Assembly: GCA_041674805.1 (NCBI GenBank)
Contig: JBAYVA010000003.1
Coordinates: forward strand, 27,029-91,028
DNA from: Candidatus Magasanikiibacteriota bacterium
GTDB taxonomy: Bacteria; Patescibacteriota; Patescibacteriia; Magasanikbacterales; UBA922
Length of the DNA: 64,000 nucleotides
Direction: 5' to 3'
Shown: positions 51,065 through 63,103 of the stretch, in pieces
Numbering within the stretch: the stretch's first letter is position 1
Layout of the letters: each line of letters starts with the position of its first letter
Notes under the pieces: generated by a model
Told to the model about the DNA's origin: nothing
The model's input: the letters and a program-made list of their open reading frames with translations, nothing else
Databases searched by the model: none
Program-made: the position numbers and the translations under genes

Positions 51065-51532
51065 ATGAAAATAAATATTGTTACATTGGGAAAACTAAAA
51101 GAAAAATATTGGCAAGATGCTGAGCAAGAATATCTCAAGCGTCTTTCAGTTTTTACCAAAATAAATATTATAGAATTAAAGGAAGAAAAATTTGATGAAA
51201 AAAGTAATCACGAAGTAATAAAAACAAAAGAAGCAGAAAAAATTCTAAAAGCTATACCAAAAGATAGTTATGTAATTGTTCTTGATAAAGAAGGCAATCA
51301 ATCTAGTTCAGAAAAATTTTCTAGTAAATTGATAGAACTAAAAAATTCTAGTACTGAAATAACTTTTATAATTGGTGGACCACTTGGTTTGTCTGAAAGT
51401 ATTTTGGATGTTGCCAAAGAAAAAATATCTTTTTCCAAATTAACATTCACTCACCAAATGATGCGTGTGATTCTGCTTGAACAAATCTATCGTAGTTTTA
51501 TGATAAGTGAAGATAGAAAGTATCATTGGTAA
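51065..51532 (+). CDS. rlmH: 23S rRNA pseudouridine1915-N3 methyltransferase
   Basis: LGKLKEKYW..FIIGGPLGL..TFTHQMMRVILLEQIYR..YH. Confidence 0.95.
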   Translation: MKINIVTLGKLKEKYWQDAEQEYLKRLSVFTKINIIELKEEKFDEKSNHEVIKTKEAEKILKAIPKDSYVIVLDKEGNQSSSEKFSSKLIELKNSSTEITFIIGGPLGLSESILDVAKEKISFSKLTFTHQMMRVILLEQIYRSFMISEDRKYHW

Positions 51533-51608
51533 AATTCTAAAAAACTTTATAATAATTTAAAATAGTTGTATAATAAAATAAATTTAATTATCAATAAATT
51601 TATTTATT

Positions 51609-52445
51609 ATGAAATATATAGATTCTGTAAAAGGTAGTTTTATTAGTTTATTTTTACTTACACCTTTAGTAATTTTTGTAAAAGGAACAGGATCTATCCC
51701 CATTGTTGAGATGATATTAACTATTTCATCTTTTTTGTTTGCTATTTTTGCAGGTTTTTTTATTTCAAGATTAAACTCTCGTTACAGTGAAATAAGAGAA
51801 TACATTAGTGAAGAAGATGCTTATTTTTTATCATTGTTTCAAATTTCACAAGTATATGGTAAAAAATTTGTAGACAAAATCACTAATTTAATAGAAGAAT
51901 ACTATATTACAGCCTTTGAAAACAAAATTGAAGATTATTACAAACAAACAGCTAAACCTATACAAAAAATATATGACGAACTCTATAAAATGAAAGAAAA
52001 AAGTGGAGAATCTATATATGCCAACATGTTTTCAATATTATTATCACTAGAATTAGTAAGAAATAAAAACTCTGTAGTAGGTAAAGAAAAAATAGCAGTA
52101 AGTCAGTGGCTAGTAATGATCGGTTTATCTATAATAATTTTTATGTGTTTGATGTATTTGAATACCAATGAACCATTATTTCAATTTTTGATTATATTCT
52201 TAGGAGCTGTACTAGTTTTGATATTGTTGACACTTAGAGATTTACAAAATTTAAGACTAGGAGGTAAAATTATGCCCGTACTAGAATCTGGTGAAGAAGT
52301 TTTAGAAAGTATTGGTAAACCAAGATACTATAATACAGATTTATTGAAAGAATCCAATATAAAAATACCAAAAGATATTAAAAAATACAGATTAGCATCA
52401 CACAAACCTGATGGACAAACAAAAATCAAAATAATAAATAAATAA
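51609..52445 (+). CDS. Membrane protein, bestrophin-like/DUF4239-like
   Basis: 2 TM + helical soluble region + 2 TM; FLFAIFAGFFI..E, LRDL. Confidence 0.55.
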   Translation: MKYIDSVKGSFISLFLLTPLVIFVKGTGSIPIVEMILTISSFLFAIFAGFFISRLNSRYSEIREYISEEDAYFLSLFQISQVYGKKFVDKITNLIEEYYITAFENKIEDYYKQTAKPIQKIYDELYKMKEKSGESIYANMFSILLSLELVRNKNSVVGKEKIAVSQWLVMIGLSIIIFMCLMYLNTNEPLFQFLIIFLGAVLVLILLTLRDLQNLRLGGKIMPVLESGEEVLESIGKPRYYNTDLLKESNIKIPKDIKKYRLASHKPDGQTKIKIINK

Positions 52446-52577
52446 TACATTTAACAACAAAATAAAAAAACCACCCCACTCCTTACATATTTTGTATATG
52501 TTAAAAATTGAGGTGGTTTTTGTTTTGTATAAAAAATTTTTAACTTTACGAACTTTATAAACTTTCAACTTTACAAA

Positions 52578-53690
52578 CTAGTGTATAAACATCGCATCAC
52601 CAAAACTATAAAATCTATATTCTTTTTCTACAGCTTCTTTATAACATTGCAACATAAATTCCCTATCTCCTGCAAACGCTGAAACGAGCATAAGCAAAGT
52701 AGATTTTGGTAAATGAAAATTGGTAACCATCGCATCCACAATCTGAAATTCAAATCCAGGCTTGATAAAAATATTTATATCACCTTCATATTTAGAAATT
52801 GTAATTTGTGATTTGTTTGTATCTTGTAACTTGTTTTTTTCTAATAAAGAAACTCCTTCAAGTGTACGAACAGTAGTCGTCCCTACCGCCACCACTCTCC
52901 TACCTTCATTCTTCGCTTTATTAATTTTATTTGCAGTTTCTTCTGAAATTTCTACCCATTCACTATGCATAGTATGATCCTCCACTCTTTCACTTTTGAC
53001 TGGCAAAAAAGTTCCAAGACCAACATGAAGAGTGACTTCCGCAAATTCCACTCCTTTTTCTTTTAATTTTTGGATTACATCGTCGGTAAAATGAAAACCA
53101 GCAGTTGGCGCTGCTACCGAGCCTTCTTCTTTGGAGTACACTGTCTGATAAATTTCTATTTGATCTGGTTCATCTTTGACATAAGGTGGTACGGGAATAT
53201 GTCCGTACTTATTAGCTTTCGCCATAACTTCTTTGTCGTCTTCTTCAAATTGAACTAGAATTGTTCCTTCTATTTCTTTCATCACAACAGTACAAAAAAA
53301 ATCTGAAGCAAAACGCACGTTCATACCAGGTTTTACTCTTTTCCCTGGCTTAGCTAATATTTTCCAGACACCAGGATTTTCCATCGGACGAACAAGAAAT
53401 ATTTCTACTTCTTTTTGATTGAACAAAGCTCTGTCAGGAATATCATCTTTATCTATATCTCTTTCACTTGATTCTAATCTACCAAAAAGTCTGGCTTTGA
53501 AAACTTTGGAATTATTCCAAACGAGCAAGTCCCCTTTTTCAAAATAATCCACAATATCATAAAAATGTTTATGGTCTACTTTTTTGTTTTTTCGGTCAAC
53601 CAAAAAAAGCTTGGAACTATCACGAGGTTCTACCGGTTTTTGAGCAATACGCTCTTCTGGTAAATTGTAATCAAAATCACTAGTATTCAT
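52578..53690 (-). CDS. queA: S-adenosylmethionine:tRNA ribosyltransferase-isomerase
   Basis: FDYNLPEERIAQ, SVAAPTAGFHF, TLHVGLGTF, TNFHLPKST, YSFGDAM. Confidence 0.97.
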   Translation of the reverse strand: MNTSDFDYNLPEERIAQKPVEPRDSSKLFLVDRKNKKVDHKHFYDIVDYFEKGDLLVWNNSKVFKARLFGRLESSERDIDKDDIPDRALFNQKEVEIFLVRPMENPGVWKILAKPGKRVKPGMNVRFASDFFCTVVMKEIEGTILVQFEEDDKEVMAKANKYGHIPVPPYVKDEPDQIEIYQTVYSKEEGSVAAPTAGFHFTDDVIQKLKEKGVEFAEVTLHVGLGTFLPVKSERVEDHTMHSEWVEISEETANKINKAKNEGRRVVAVGTTTVRTLEGVSLLEKNKLQDTNKSQITISKYEGDINIFIKPGFEFQIVDAMVTNFHLPKSTLLMLVSAFAGDREFMLQCYKEAVEKEYRFYSFGDAMFIH

Positions 53691-53743
53691 ATTTATATAT
53701 TCTGCGTTTTCCCGCGTAGTAATCCAATATTATACGCGTCTAA

Positions 53744-54874
53744 TTATTTAAATTGTTTGACAGCTTCCGCAACAATACTCGCTACATTCTTATCCAACAC
53801 AGGTGGAATAATATTTTCTGCACTTGGATTTTTTACATAATTGGCTAAGGCTTGAGCTACAGCAAGTTTCATCTCCATTGTGACTTTACTAATTCTTGCT
53901 TCCAACAAACCTTTGAAAATACCAGGGAAAGCCAAAACATTGTTTACTTGATTTGGATAGTCACTGCGACCAGTTGCCACGACAACAGCACCAGCTTCTT
54001 TGGCTTCAGCAGGGAAAATTTCTGGAGTTGGATTGGCCATAGCAAAAATAATTGCACCAGCATTCATAGTTCTCACCATATCTTGTGTCAAAACTTTTGG
54101 TTGACTTACTCCCACAAAAACATCAGCTCCAACCATCGCGTCAGCTAGACTACCACACATATTATTTTTGTTTGTTCTATTCAATAATTCTTGTTTGACA
54201 GGATTTAAATCTGTACGTTCACGACAAACAAGACCTTTGGAATCAATGAGCAAAATATCAGCCACACCAGCATGAAGAAGTAAATTGGTGATAGCAACTC
54301 CTGCGGCACCCACACCACTAATTACAACTTTGACATCTCCGATTTTTTTATTAACCACTTTTAGAGCATTGTAGAGTCCTGCCAATACAACAATCGCTGT
54401 ACCATGTTGATCATCATGAAAAACTGGGATATCCAATTTTTCTGACAGTCTTTGTTCTATCTCAAAACAACGAGGAGCAGAAATATCTTCCAGATTTATG
54501 CCACCAAACATTGGGGTGAGTAATTCTACTGTTCGAATAAATTCCTCCACATCTTTAGTTTTGATAGCTAGAGGAAAAGCATCTACACCACCAAATTCTT
54601 TGAACAACACACATTTTCCTTCCATCACGGGCAAACTTGCTTCTGGACCAATATCTCCCAAACCTAAAACAGCAGTACCGTCAGTAATAACAGCTACCAT
54701 ATTTTGCTTGCGAGTATATTCATAGACTTTTTCCTTGTCCTTCGCTATTTCCAAACAAGGTTCAGCCACACCAGGTGTATAAGCCAAACTAAGATCTTCT
54801 CGACTTGTGATTTTGGCACGAGAAATTACTTCAATTTTTCCTTTTAGATTTTTGTGGTATTCAAGTGGGTTCAT
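53744..54874 (-). CDS. NAD(P)-dependent malic enzyme
   Basis: AYTPGVA, VMEGK, NLEDI, HDDQHGT, NNVLAFPG. Confidence 0.95.
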   Translation of the reverse strand: MNPLEYHKNLKGKIEVISRAKITSREDLSLAYTPGVAEPCLEIAKDKEKVYEYTRKQNMVAVITDGTAVLGLGDIGPEASLPVMEGKCVLFKEFGGVDAFPLAIKTKDVEEFIRTVELLTPMFGGINLEDISAPRCFEIEQRLSEKLDIPVFHDDQHGTAIVVLAGLYNALKVVNKKIGDVKVVISGVGAAGVAITNLLLHAGVADILLIDSKGLVCRERTDLNPVKQELLNRTNKNNMCGSLADAMVGADVFVGVSQPKVLTQDMVRTMNAGAIIFAMANPTPEIFPAEAKEAGAVVVATGRSDYPNQVNNVLAFPGIFKGLLEARISKVTMEMKLAVAQALANYVKNPSAENIIPPVLDKNVASIVAEAVKQFK

Positions 54875-54914
54875 ATATTTATAAACATTTATTTTTAATT
54901 TACTGTTTTATTTT

Positions 54915-55050
54915 TGATAAAATAAATTGAGATGAATAGAGATAAAATTGAGATAAATTTTAAGCTGATTCTGCTGTATCTGCTGATAAGCTGAATAGGC
55001 TTCTTATAAATTTGTTTTTATGTTTTAATGCTTTAATGTTTTTATTTTTA
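54915..55050. repeat. Three tandem-repeat families side by side
   Basis: attgagataa-type, tctgctgat-type and tgctttaa-type units. Confidence 0.65.
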
Positions 55051-55051
55051 C

Positions 55052-56083
55052 TTAGAGATGTTTCACACGATTCTCATTATGCTCCTCCAAAGTTTTACCA
55101 TACCAAACTTTTCCTTTACTATCTGTCAAAAAATACCAATAATCATTTCCTTCTGGATAAATAGCTGCCATAATCGAATCTATATTTGGAGTAGAAATAG
55201 GACCGAGTGGAAGACCCGGATAACGATAAGTATTCCATGGTGAAAGTGAATCTCTATCTTCGGCAGTAGTGAATACGTCACCTTTTTTACCAACAGCATA
55301 ATGAACAGTAGAGTCGGCTTGCAATGCCCAATTTTGATCATAACGTCGCCAAAATAAGTCAGCTACAATTTTTTTATCTTCCTCACTTCTTACTTCTCTT
55401 TCGAGAACACTAGCCATAGTCAAAACTTCAAAAACAGTTCTACCAGATTTTTCAATATCTTTGTACATTTGTTCAGTAAACTGATTTTCTCTTTCATCTA
55501 TTAATTTTTGTACAATTTCTTCAATAGTTGCATTTTTGAAAATTCTATAAGTATCTGGAGCAAGATAACCATCATAGCTAACGAAGTTTGGTTTATCTTT
55601 TGTAATTTTCCAATCACCTTCTACCACAGGTGATATTTCTCTTTCTACTTTGTAATTGTAAGCAGATTTACCAACTACAGCTAGAAAATCACTACTACTA
55701 GCTATAGCATTCTTTTCAAAATATTCAGCAATATCTCTCAAATCCCAACCAGGCAAAATAGTAATAGTAGTTTCAGCTTGTGTAGGATTGGCCAAAGAAT
55801 TTATAACTCTTGCCAAAGTGATTGGAGACTCTACCACAAATTCACCTTCACGAATTTCTGTATCTAATTTTCTAAAAGATAAATATTTTTTGAAAAACCA
55901 AGCACTACGAATAATATGTTTTTCTTCCAACTTTTCAGCAACCAACGAAACACTTTCTCCTTTGGCAATAGAAAAAGTTACTTTATCTGCATACTGTGCT
56001 TCAGCACTAAAAATCTCGGAGTGTGCAAACCAAGCTCCGATTGCTCCACAGATTATTATAATTAAGAATAGTAATTTTTTCAT
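55052..56083 (-). CDS. mltG: Endolytic transglycosylase MltG
   Basis: GYLAPDTY, ASVLERE, LQADST, SPWNTYRYPGLPLGPI. Confidence 0.93.
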   Translation of the reverse strand: MKKLLFLIIIICGAIGAWFAHSEIFSAEAQYADKVTFSIAKGESVSLVAEKLEEKHIIRSAWFFKKYLSFRKLDTEIREGEFVVESPITLARVINSLANPTQAETTITILPGWDLRDIAEYFEKNAIASSSDFLAVVGKSAYNYKVEREISPVVEGDWKITKDKPNFVSYDGYLAPDTYRIFKNATIEEIVQKLIDERENQFTEQMYKDIEKSGRTVFEVLTMASVLEREVRSEEDKKIVADLFWRRYDQNWALQADSTVHYAVGKKGDVFTTAEDRDSLSPWNTYRYPGLPLGPISTPNIDSIMAAIYPEGNDYWYFLTDSKGKVWYGKTLEEHNENRVKHL

Positions 56084-56195
56084 ATGATTAAAAAGAATAA
56101 CACAAATATTAAACGAATATCACAAATAATTTTTTACATAGTTCAAATCTGTAAATCAGTATTATCTGTAATCTGTATGTATGTTAAAAATACAT

Positions 56196-57248
56196 TTAAA
56201 GATAAGACTCTAGCCCTTTTTCTTCAATCTTCTTCAACAACTCTTTTATCCTCGGCACATCATTTTTGTGACAGACCAATGTTGTATTGTTGGTATTTAC
56301 CACGACCATACCTTTGAGACCAACAGTAGCCACAAGTCTGCCATTTTCTTCATTCAAAATAAGACTATCTGTAGAATCCAAATCTACAACTGTACCTTTT
56401 TCAAAATTCTTGTCAGTACCATCAACAAGCGCTTCTTTCAAGGCATAAAGTGTACCAGGATCTGTCCAAGCCAAATCTACTTTTATCACTACTGCTTGAT
56501 CTTTGTCTATTTTTTCGACAATCGCATTGTCAAAAGATTCAGCTTCCAACTTTGCATATTCTGTATTCAAATCTTTTTGTCCACTGACCATATCAGCCAA
56601 AGCAATATACATTTCTGGTTTGTGTTTCTTATAAAGTTCCAAAACAAAATCAATATCAAAAATAAAATATCCAGGATTCCACATCCACTTTTGACTTTCA
56701 AACATTTCTTGACACTCTAGAATTTCTGGACGATATTTCCAACTTTCAAATTTGAATAAATCACCTTCAATATTTTCACCCAAATTTATCCAACCCAAAT
56801 TTTCATTGGCAAAGCGAGGTTTTTCTCCCAAGAAAACAAATCTATTAGGATTTTCAGTAATCAGTTTTTCGGCTTTTTTGAGAGCTTCCACAAAATTCTC
56901 AGGCTTCTTCATAAAATGATCTGCCCAAAGCATGGCGATAGTACCTGTCACACCTTCTTTTTTCAATTTCATAAGAGCTAAGCCCACAGCGGCCGCCAAA
57001 TCTCGTCTAGTCGGTTCACCCATAATATGATTTTTATCTAGTTCTGGCAAGTGTGAATAAACCAAATCAACATATTTGTCATTGGTAGAAACATAGACAT
57101 TGTCGAGACCAAAACTTCTGATTCTCTCAAGAGCCATTTGAATAGTCGATTGATCACCTTTTAGAATTTCAAATTGTTTTGGACTAGATTTGCGACTGAT
57201 TGGCCAAAGTCTAGTACCAGCCCCTCCGGCGAAGATTAAGATTTTCAT
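56196..57248 (-). CDS. Mannose-1-phosphate guanylyltransferase-like nucleotidyltransferase
   Basis: AGGAGTRLWPISR..PKQF, EP, ADH, SFD.A..EK, W.D.G. Confidence 0.88.
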   Translation of the reverse strand: MKILIFAGGAGTRLWPISRKSSPKQFEILKGDQSTIQMALERIRSFGLDNVYVSTNDKYVDLVYSHLPELDKNHIMGEPTRRDLAAAVGLALMKLKKEGVTGTIAMLWADHFMKKPENFVEALKKAEKLITENPNRFVFLGEKPRFANENLGWINLGENIEGDLFKFESWKYRPEILECQEMFESQKWMWNPGYFIFDIDFVLELYKKHKPEMYIALADMVSGQKDLNTEYAKLEAESFDNAIVEKIDKDQAVVIKVDLAWTDPGTLYALKEALVDGTDKNFEKGTVVDLDSTDSLILNEENGRLVATVGLKGMVVVNTNNTTLVCHKNDVPRIKELLKKIEEKGLESYL

Positions 57249-57388
57249 ATACAATAGTTATAATGTTAAAAGTTTGTAAAGTTTATAAAGTTTTTTTATA
57301 TAATAATTATTATATAATTAATAATGAATGCGTGTAAACAATGAAAAATTTTTATTTCACAGATAGACGAAATTCAATCAGGACAATT

Positions 57389-58354
57389 TTATTTTTTTAA
57401 TCTTTCAAGCATAGTTTTAATCTCCGGAGATAACTGCGGATTAGACAACACTCTTTCAATAAATTTAGGAACTTTTCTTTCGTATGCTGGCGGATTTTCT
57501 TTACCCTCATTTCGATGAATATGAGAAACCTCCATTGCATCCTCATAATCTGTAAGTACTTGCTGGGTAATTTGCTCTAATTCTTCATCGCTGTACATTT
57601 CCTTTAAAGCCCCAAGAAGTTTTCTAAAATCGGCATTAAATTTTTCAGGTTTTTGTTCATAGCTTTGAAGCAAATGTAAAACTTTATATGCGAGGATAGT
57701 ATCTGGCCTCGCAACATAATAATCTTTTCCCTCAATATTCACTTTAGCCACCCTTCTTGGCCCATAAGCTTCAACAGGATCGCACATTACTTTAAATTGA
57801 TCATCACCTCGTTTTAAAACTTTACGTCCTTTTTCTGGCACTTCGTCAAAAGAGGGACCACTACCACCTTTCCAGATGTACTGAGTACGCAATCGACTAT
57901 ATTCTTCATCACTTACTTTACCGAAAGAATTTTGGACGTGAATTTTCTTTGCTTTGTAGTGGTCTGTAGGAACATAATCTAAATCGCCAATCTGGCGAGC
58001 AAAAGAAGCCAAAATTTTTCTTGTTGATTCAGGTATTTCTCTTGTACGAACATCTCTTAAAGCAGGAATCCGAGTTTCGTCCATTTCAGTAAATTTTTCT
58101 GCACAAGATAAAAGCATAGAGGCCAAAGAGCCAGAAAGATAATAATTCATTCTTGATATAGTTTCTACACCCTCGGATAACTCTGACAATTCAACATCAG
58201 TGTCAACTTGTGGCCATCGACCTGTTAAATATTCTGCAAATATTATTGCTGATTTTAAAATTTCTTTCTGTTCTGGTGTAATTTCTACTTCAGGAATTAT
58301 TGCCTTAGGAGTTTCTTGTGGTGGAGTAAATTGTGATATTCTTTCAGTAATCAT
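57389..58354 (-). CDS. Hypothetical protein with a nucleotidyltransferase (Pol-beta superfamily)-like motif
   Basis: YYLSGSLA..GDLDYV..VARPDTILAYK..K...D. Confidence 0.55.
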   Translation of the reverse strand: MITERISQFTPPQETPKAIIPEVEITPEQKEILKSAIIFAEYLTGRWPQVDTDVELSELSEGVETISRMNYYLSGSLASMLLSCAEKFTEMDETRIPALRDVRTREIPESTRKILASFARQIGDLDYVPTDHYKAKKIHVQNSFGKVSDEEYSRLRTQYIWKGGSGPSFDEVPEKGRKVLKRGDDQFKVMCDPVEAYGPRRVAKVNIEGKDYYVARPDTILAYKVLHLLQSYEQKPEKFNADFRKLLGALKEMYSDEELEQITQQVLTDYEDAMEVSHIHRNEGKENPPAYERKVPKFIERVLSNPQLSPEIKTMLERLKK

Positions 58355-58435
58355 ATATTTATGTATTAAAAGACAAAATTTCTCCGATAAATTTACCCAA
58401 TAAGTCTTTTCTTTTTACTTTATTTTAAATTTCAA

Positions 58436-58840
58436 TTAACTTTCATCTTTGAGGGGAAATCCAATCTTAGTTAAAGCTTCCATTGCTTGTTTATATGTTT
58501 CTTCACGCACAAGAATGTAATCTTTTGAAAATGTTGAAACTACAAGAACATTCAATCCTTCGTCAGACACGGTTTTTGTTACACGAGCAAGAAACCCCTT
58601 TGCTAAAAAAGGCAGAGACACTTTAATTTCAAATAATTTAAACCATTTTTCATCTTTATCATATTTAACTTTAAATAAATTTGCCTCCTCCGTAACAACA
58701 GTCGTTTCATCCTTATCCTTGGAAACAAGAAAATGTCCATCAAAAGAAGTTTCTTGCGTCGCCTTAAGATACGCATATCTACCTTTATGAACCACAACTT
58801 CGCTGGATTGAATGACTTCTTGTAAAGTTGGATTTTCCAT
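58436..58840 (-). CDS. ACT-domain protein (CASTOR/ACT_7-like)
   Basis: DETTVVTE..GFLARV...GLNVLVVSTFSKDYILV. Confidence 0.8.
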   Translation of the reverse strand: MENPTLQEVIQSSEVVVHKGRYAYLKATQETSFDGHFLVSKDKDETTVVTEEANLFKVKYDKDEKWFKLFEIKVSLPFLAKGFLARVTKTVSDEGLNVLVVSTFSKDYILVREETYKQAMEALTKIGFPLKDES

Positions 58841-58891
58841 ATTTTGAATTAAATGTTGTTTTTTTAGATTTAAATTTCGTACAACACTTGT

Positions 58892-58940
58892 TATACGCTA
58901 CGTGTTACGTGTTACGTGTTACGCGTCATGCGTTACGCGA
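58892..58940. repeat. Heptamer tandem repeat (ttacgtg) overlapping the PAP2 stop codon
   Basis: tacgtgttacgtgttacgtgttacgcgtcatgcgttacgcg. Confidence 0.8.
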
Positions 58941-59505
58941 TCAAATTAGTCAAAAACGTATACAAAGGTTGTGTTATATATTCCAAAAGCCAACTTGAAC
59001 CAAAAAGCAAAACTAAAGCCAAAACAAAACCACCCATAATATCACGAGGATAATGCACTCCGACATAAACACGAGAAAAAGCAATAATTGTCGCAAGCAA
59101 TAAAACAAAAATAGAAAAGCCAAGACCAGCACCCATAAGTACTACGCTTCCGGCGAGCAAAAATGACATGCTAGTATGGTCAGAAGGAAAAGATTTCCAA
59201 ACTTCGATTGGGTGAAGCAACATTTTTGTTTCTGGAAATTCAACTATCGGGCGAGGATGCTTCCAAAGTAAAGCAATACCATAACTAATAGCAAAAGAAA
59301 AAACGAAAACAGTAAGTAATATTTTTACCATTGTTTCAAATTTTTCTGGATCAACACCACCCAAAACAAATACACCCCAAGTAATAACAAAAAATGCCAA
59401 AACATAAATTAGTAAGTTGGCTGACAAATACATGAGTCTATCAAGCCAAGCATATTTGCCGACTTTGGCGTTTATTTTGAAGAATAGTTTTTTTGATAGA
59501 GACAT
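58933..59505 (-). CDS. PAP2-family phosphatase (undecaprenyl-diphosphatase BcrC-like)
   Basis: HPRP, SFPSDH, SRVYVGVHYPRD. Confidence 0.9.
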   Translation of the reverse strand: MSLSKKLFFKINAKVGKYAWLDRLMYLSANLLIYVLAFFVITWGVFVLGGVDPEKFETMVKILLTVFVFSFAISYGIALLWKHPRPIVEFPETKMLLHPIEVWKSFPSDHTSMSFLLAGSVVLMGAGLGFSIFVLLLATIIAFSRVYVGVHYPRDIMGGFVLALVLLFGSSWLLEYITQPLYTFLTNLIA

Positions 59506-59507
59506 AA

Positions 59508-59983
59508 CACTTCATCACTTTAACACCTAATCACCTGATCACTTTCAGACTAATTAGATAAATTAATTAATATTTTTTTCTACTGATTTTATTTCTGACC
59601 AAAGCATTGCACCAATTTCTTCTCCAAGATCTAAAGCTTTTTTATAATCTTTGTGTTCTATCCAATTTTCATCAAGTGCAAAATAAAATATATATTTTGA
59701 TTCATTTAATGATCCATAGGACATCTCATAAAAATTTAATTTTACTTTATCTCTTCGTCGACCATAGCCTTCCACAAAATTTAATATCACAGACATAGAT
59801 GATCTTCTCAATTGAGAGACTGACGAATACAATTCTTCTTTTGGAAATTTTTTTGTTACTTCATAAGCGCATTTTACATAACTATGCATTAGTTTTTTTA
59901 ATTTATTTCGAAACTCACTCATTGTATTTTCCAACATAATTCAACGTAGTGTGATTAGGTGATAAGGTGATTAAGTGATTAGG
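59508..59983. mobile_element. Candidate cassette: second four-helix-bundle gene between inverted 8-mer (tcacctaa) arrays
   Basis: Left cacttcatcactttaacacctaatcacctgatcac; right gtgattaggtgataaggtgattaagtgattaggt. Confidence 0.5.
59563..59937 (-). CDS. Four helix bundle protein (23S rRNA IVS protein / Avd-like family)
   Basis: TKKFPKEELYSSVSQLRRSSMSVILNFVEGYGR..SYGSLNE. Confidence 0.92.
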   Translation of the reverse strand: MLENTMSEFRNKLKKLMHSYVKCAYEVTKKFPKEELYSSVSQLRRSSMSVILNFVEGYGRRRDKVKLNFYEMSYGSLNESKYIFYFALDENWIEHKDYKKALDLGEEIGAMLWSEIKSVEKNIN

Positions 59984-61082
59984 TATTTTTTAGATAACGC
60001 AAGTATGCTTCAACAAAGGGATCCAATTCTCCATTGAGAACTCCTTCATCATCTGTCGTTTCATATCTCGTGCGTAAATCTTTGACCATGTGATAAGGAT
60101 GCAAGACATAACTTCTGATTTGACTTCCCCACTCAGGACTTTTGTATTCTCCGCGAAGTTTCAATCTTTCTTCTTCATCTTTCTCTTCTTGAACTTTTTG
60201 TAATCTAGAAAGTAAGACTTTCATTGCTAATTTTCTATTTTGTTGTTGAGATTTTTCATTTTGACAAGTTACAGTAATACCTGTTGGAAGATGTACCAGA
60301 CGCACAGCACTATAAGTCGTGTTGACACTTTGACCACCATTTCCACCAGCCATAAACGTATCTATACGTATATCTTTATCATCTATTTTGACATCTTCTG
60401 ATTCTTCTAGCTCAGGAATTACTTCTACCAGAGCAAAAGAAGTGTGACGCATTTTTTCGGCATCAAAAGGAGAAATACGAACCAAACGATGTGTGCCATG
60501 TTCAGATTTCAAATGACCATAAGCGAAATTACCTTCTACTTGAAAAGTAACAGACTTGAATCCAGCTTCTTGCCCCCTAGTTTCATCCAAAATCGTTGTT
60601 TTCCAGCCTTTTTGGTCAGCATAGCGCAGATACATCCGAAGTAACATCTCAGCCCAATCCTGGGCCTCTGTACCACCACTGCCAGAGTGAATAGAGACAA
60701 TGGCACTCTCTTTATCATGTTTACCGTCAAATAAAGTCTTGAACTCTAATTTGAGAATATTCTTTTCCAAAATTACATACTGTTTTTCAATGTCTTCTCG
60801 CATATTCACGTCACTATCTGCTTCGTCCATTTGTGCGATTTCTAGCAAATCTTTTGTTTCTTTGTCATATTTACCCCAAATATCAATTTCAGCTTGCAAA
60901 TCACTCATCTCTCTACTTTTTTTGGTAGCATTTTCTTGGTCTTTCCAAAAATCTGGTTTGTTTACTTCTTCTGCGATTACCAAAACTTGTGACTGTTTTT
61001 TGGCAATATCCAAAATATCGTACATTTCTGACAATTTTTTTTGTAGATTTTCAATTGATTTTAGCACTTCTTGCATTTCCAT
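59979..61082 (-). CDS. prfB: Peptide chain release factor 2, uninterrupted frame
   Basis: GGTEAQDWA, SPF motif, GGQ. Confidence 0.96.
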   Translation of the reverse strand: MEMQEVLKSIENLQKKLSEMYDILDIAKKQSQVLVIAEEVNKPDFWKDQENATKKSREMSDLQAEIDIWGKYDKETKDLLEIAQMDEADSDVNMREDIEKQYVILEKNILKLEFKTLFDGKHDKESAIVSIHSGSGGTEAQDWAEMLLRMYLRYADQKGWKTTILDETRGQEAGFKSVTFQVEGNFAYGHLKSEHGTHRLVRISPFDAEKMRHTSFALVEVIPELEESEDVKIDDKDIRIDTFMAGGNGGQSVNTTYSAVRLVHLPTGITVTCQNEKSQQQNRKLAMKVLLSRLQKVQEEKDEEERLKLRGEYKSPEWGSQIRSYVLHPYHMVKDLRTRYETTDDEGVLNGELDPFVEAYLRYLKNT

Positions 61083-61283
61083 ATTTGGGATTATTTGTTA
61101 CCTTATTATGCCTTAATTTGAAATAAAAGACAAGGGTAAAATTACATATTACAAATACAAAAAACACACAAACAATGCAACAATTAAAAACTCTTATAAA
61201 CAAAACAACCCCCAAATTGAGGATTGTTTTAATCACCGACAAAGTCGGGACAAGTGTTTTTATGCTTTAATATTTTAATGAAA

Positions 61284-62918
<1,635 letters not shown>

Positions 62919-63103
62919 TTATTTTAATTATTTTATTAAGTTTATATTTTAATTTTTATTTTGTTTGTAAAAAAATTTTTAATAAATTGAGATAAAATTT
63001 TATAAGTAAATAAAACTAATTATCTCAATTTATCTCCTTATCTCTATTTATTTTTTCTAAAACGAAGAGATAAGTAGAGATAATAAATAAACTTGCAAAA
63101 AAA

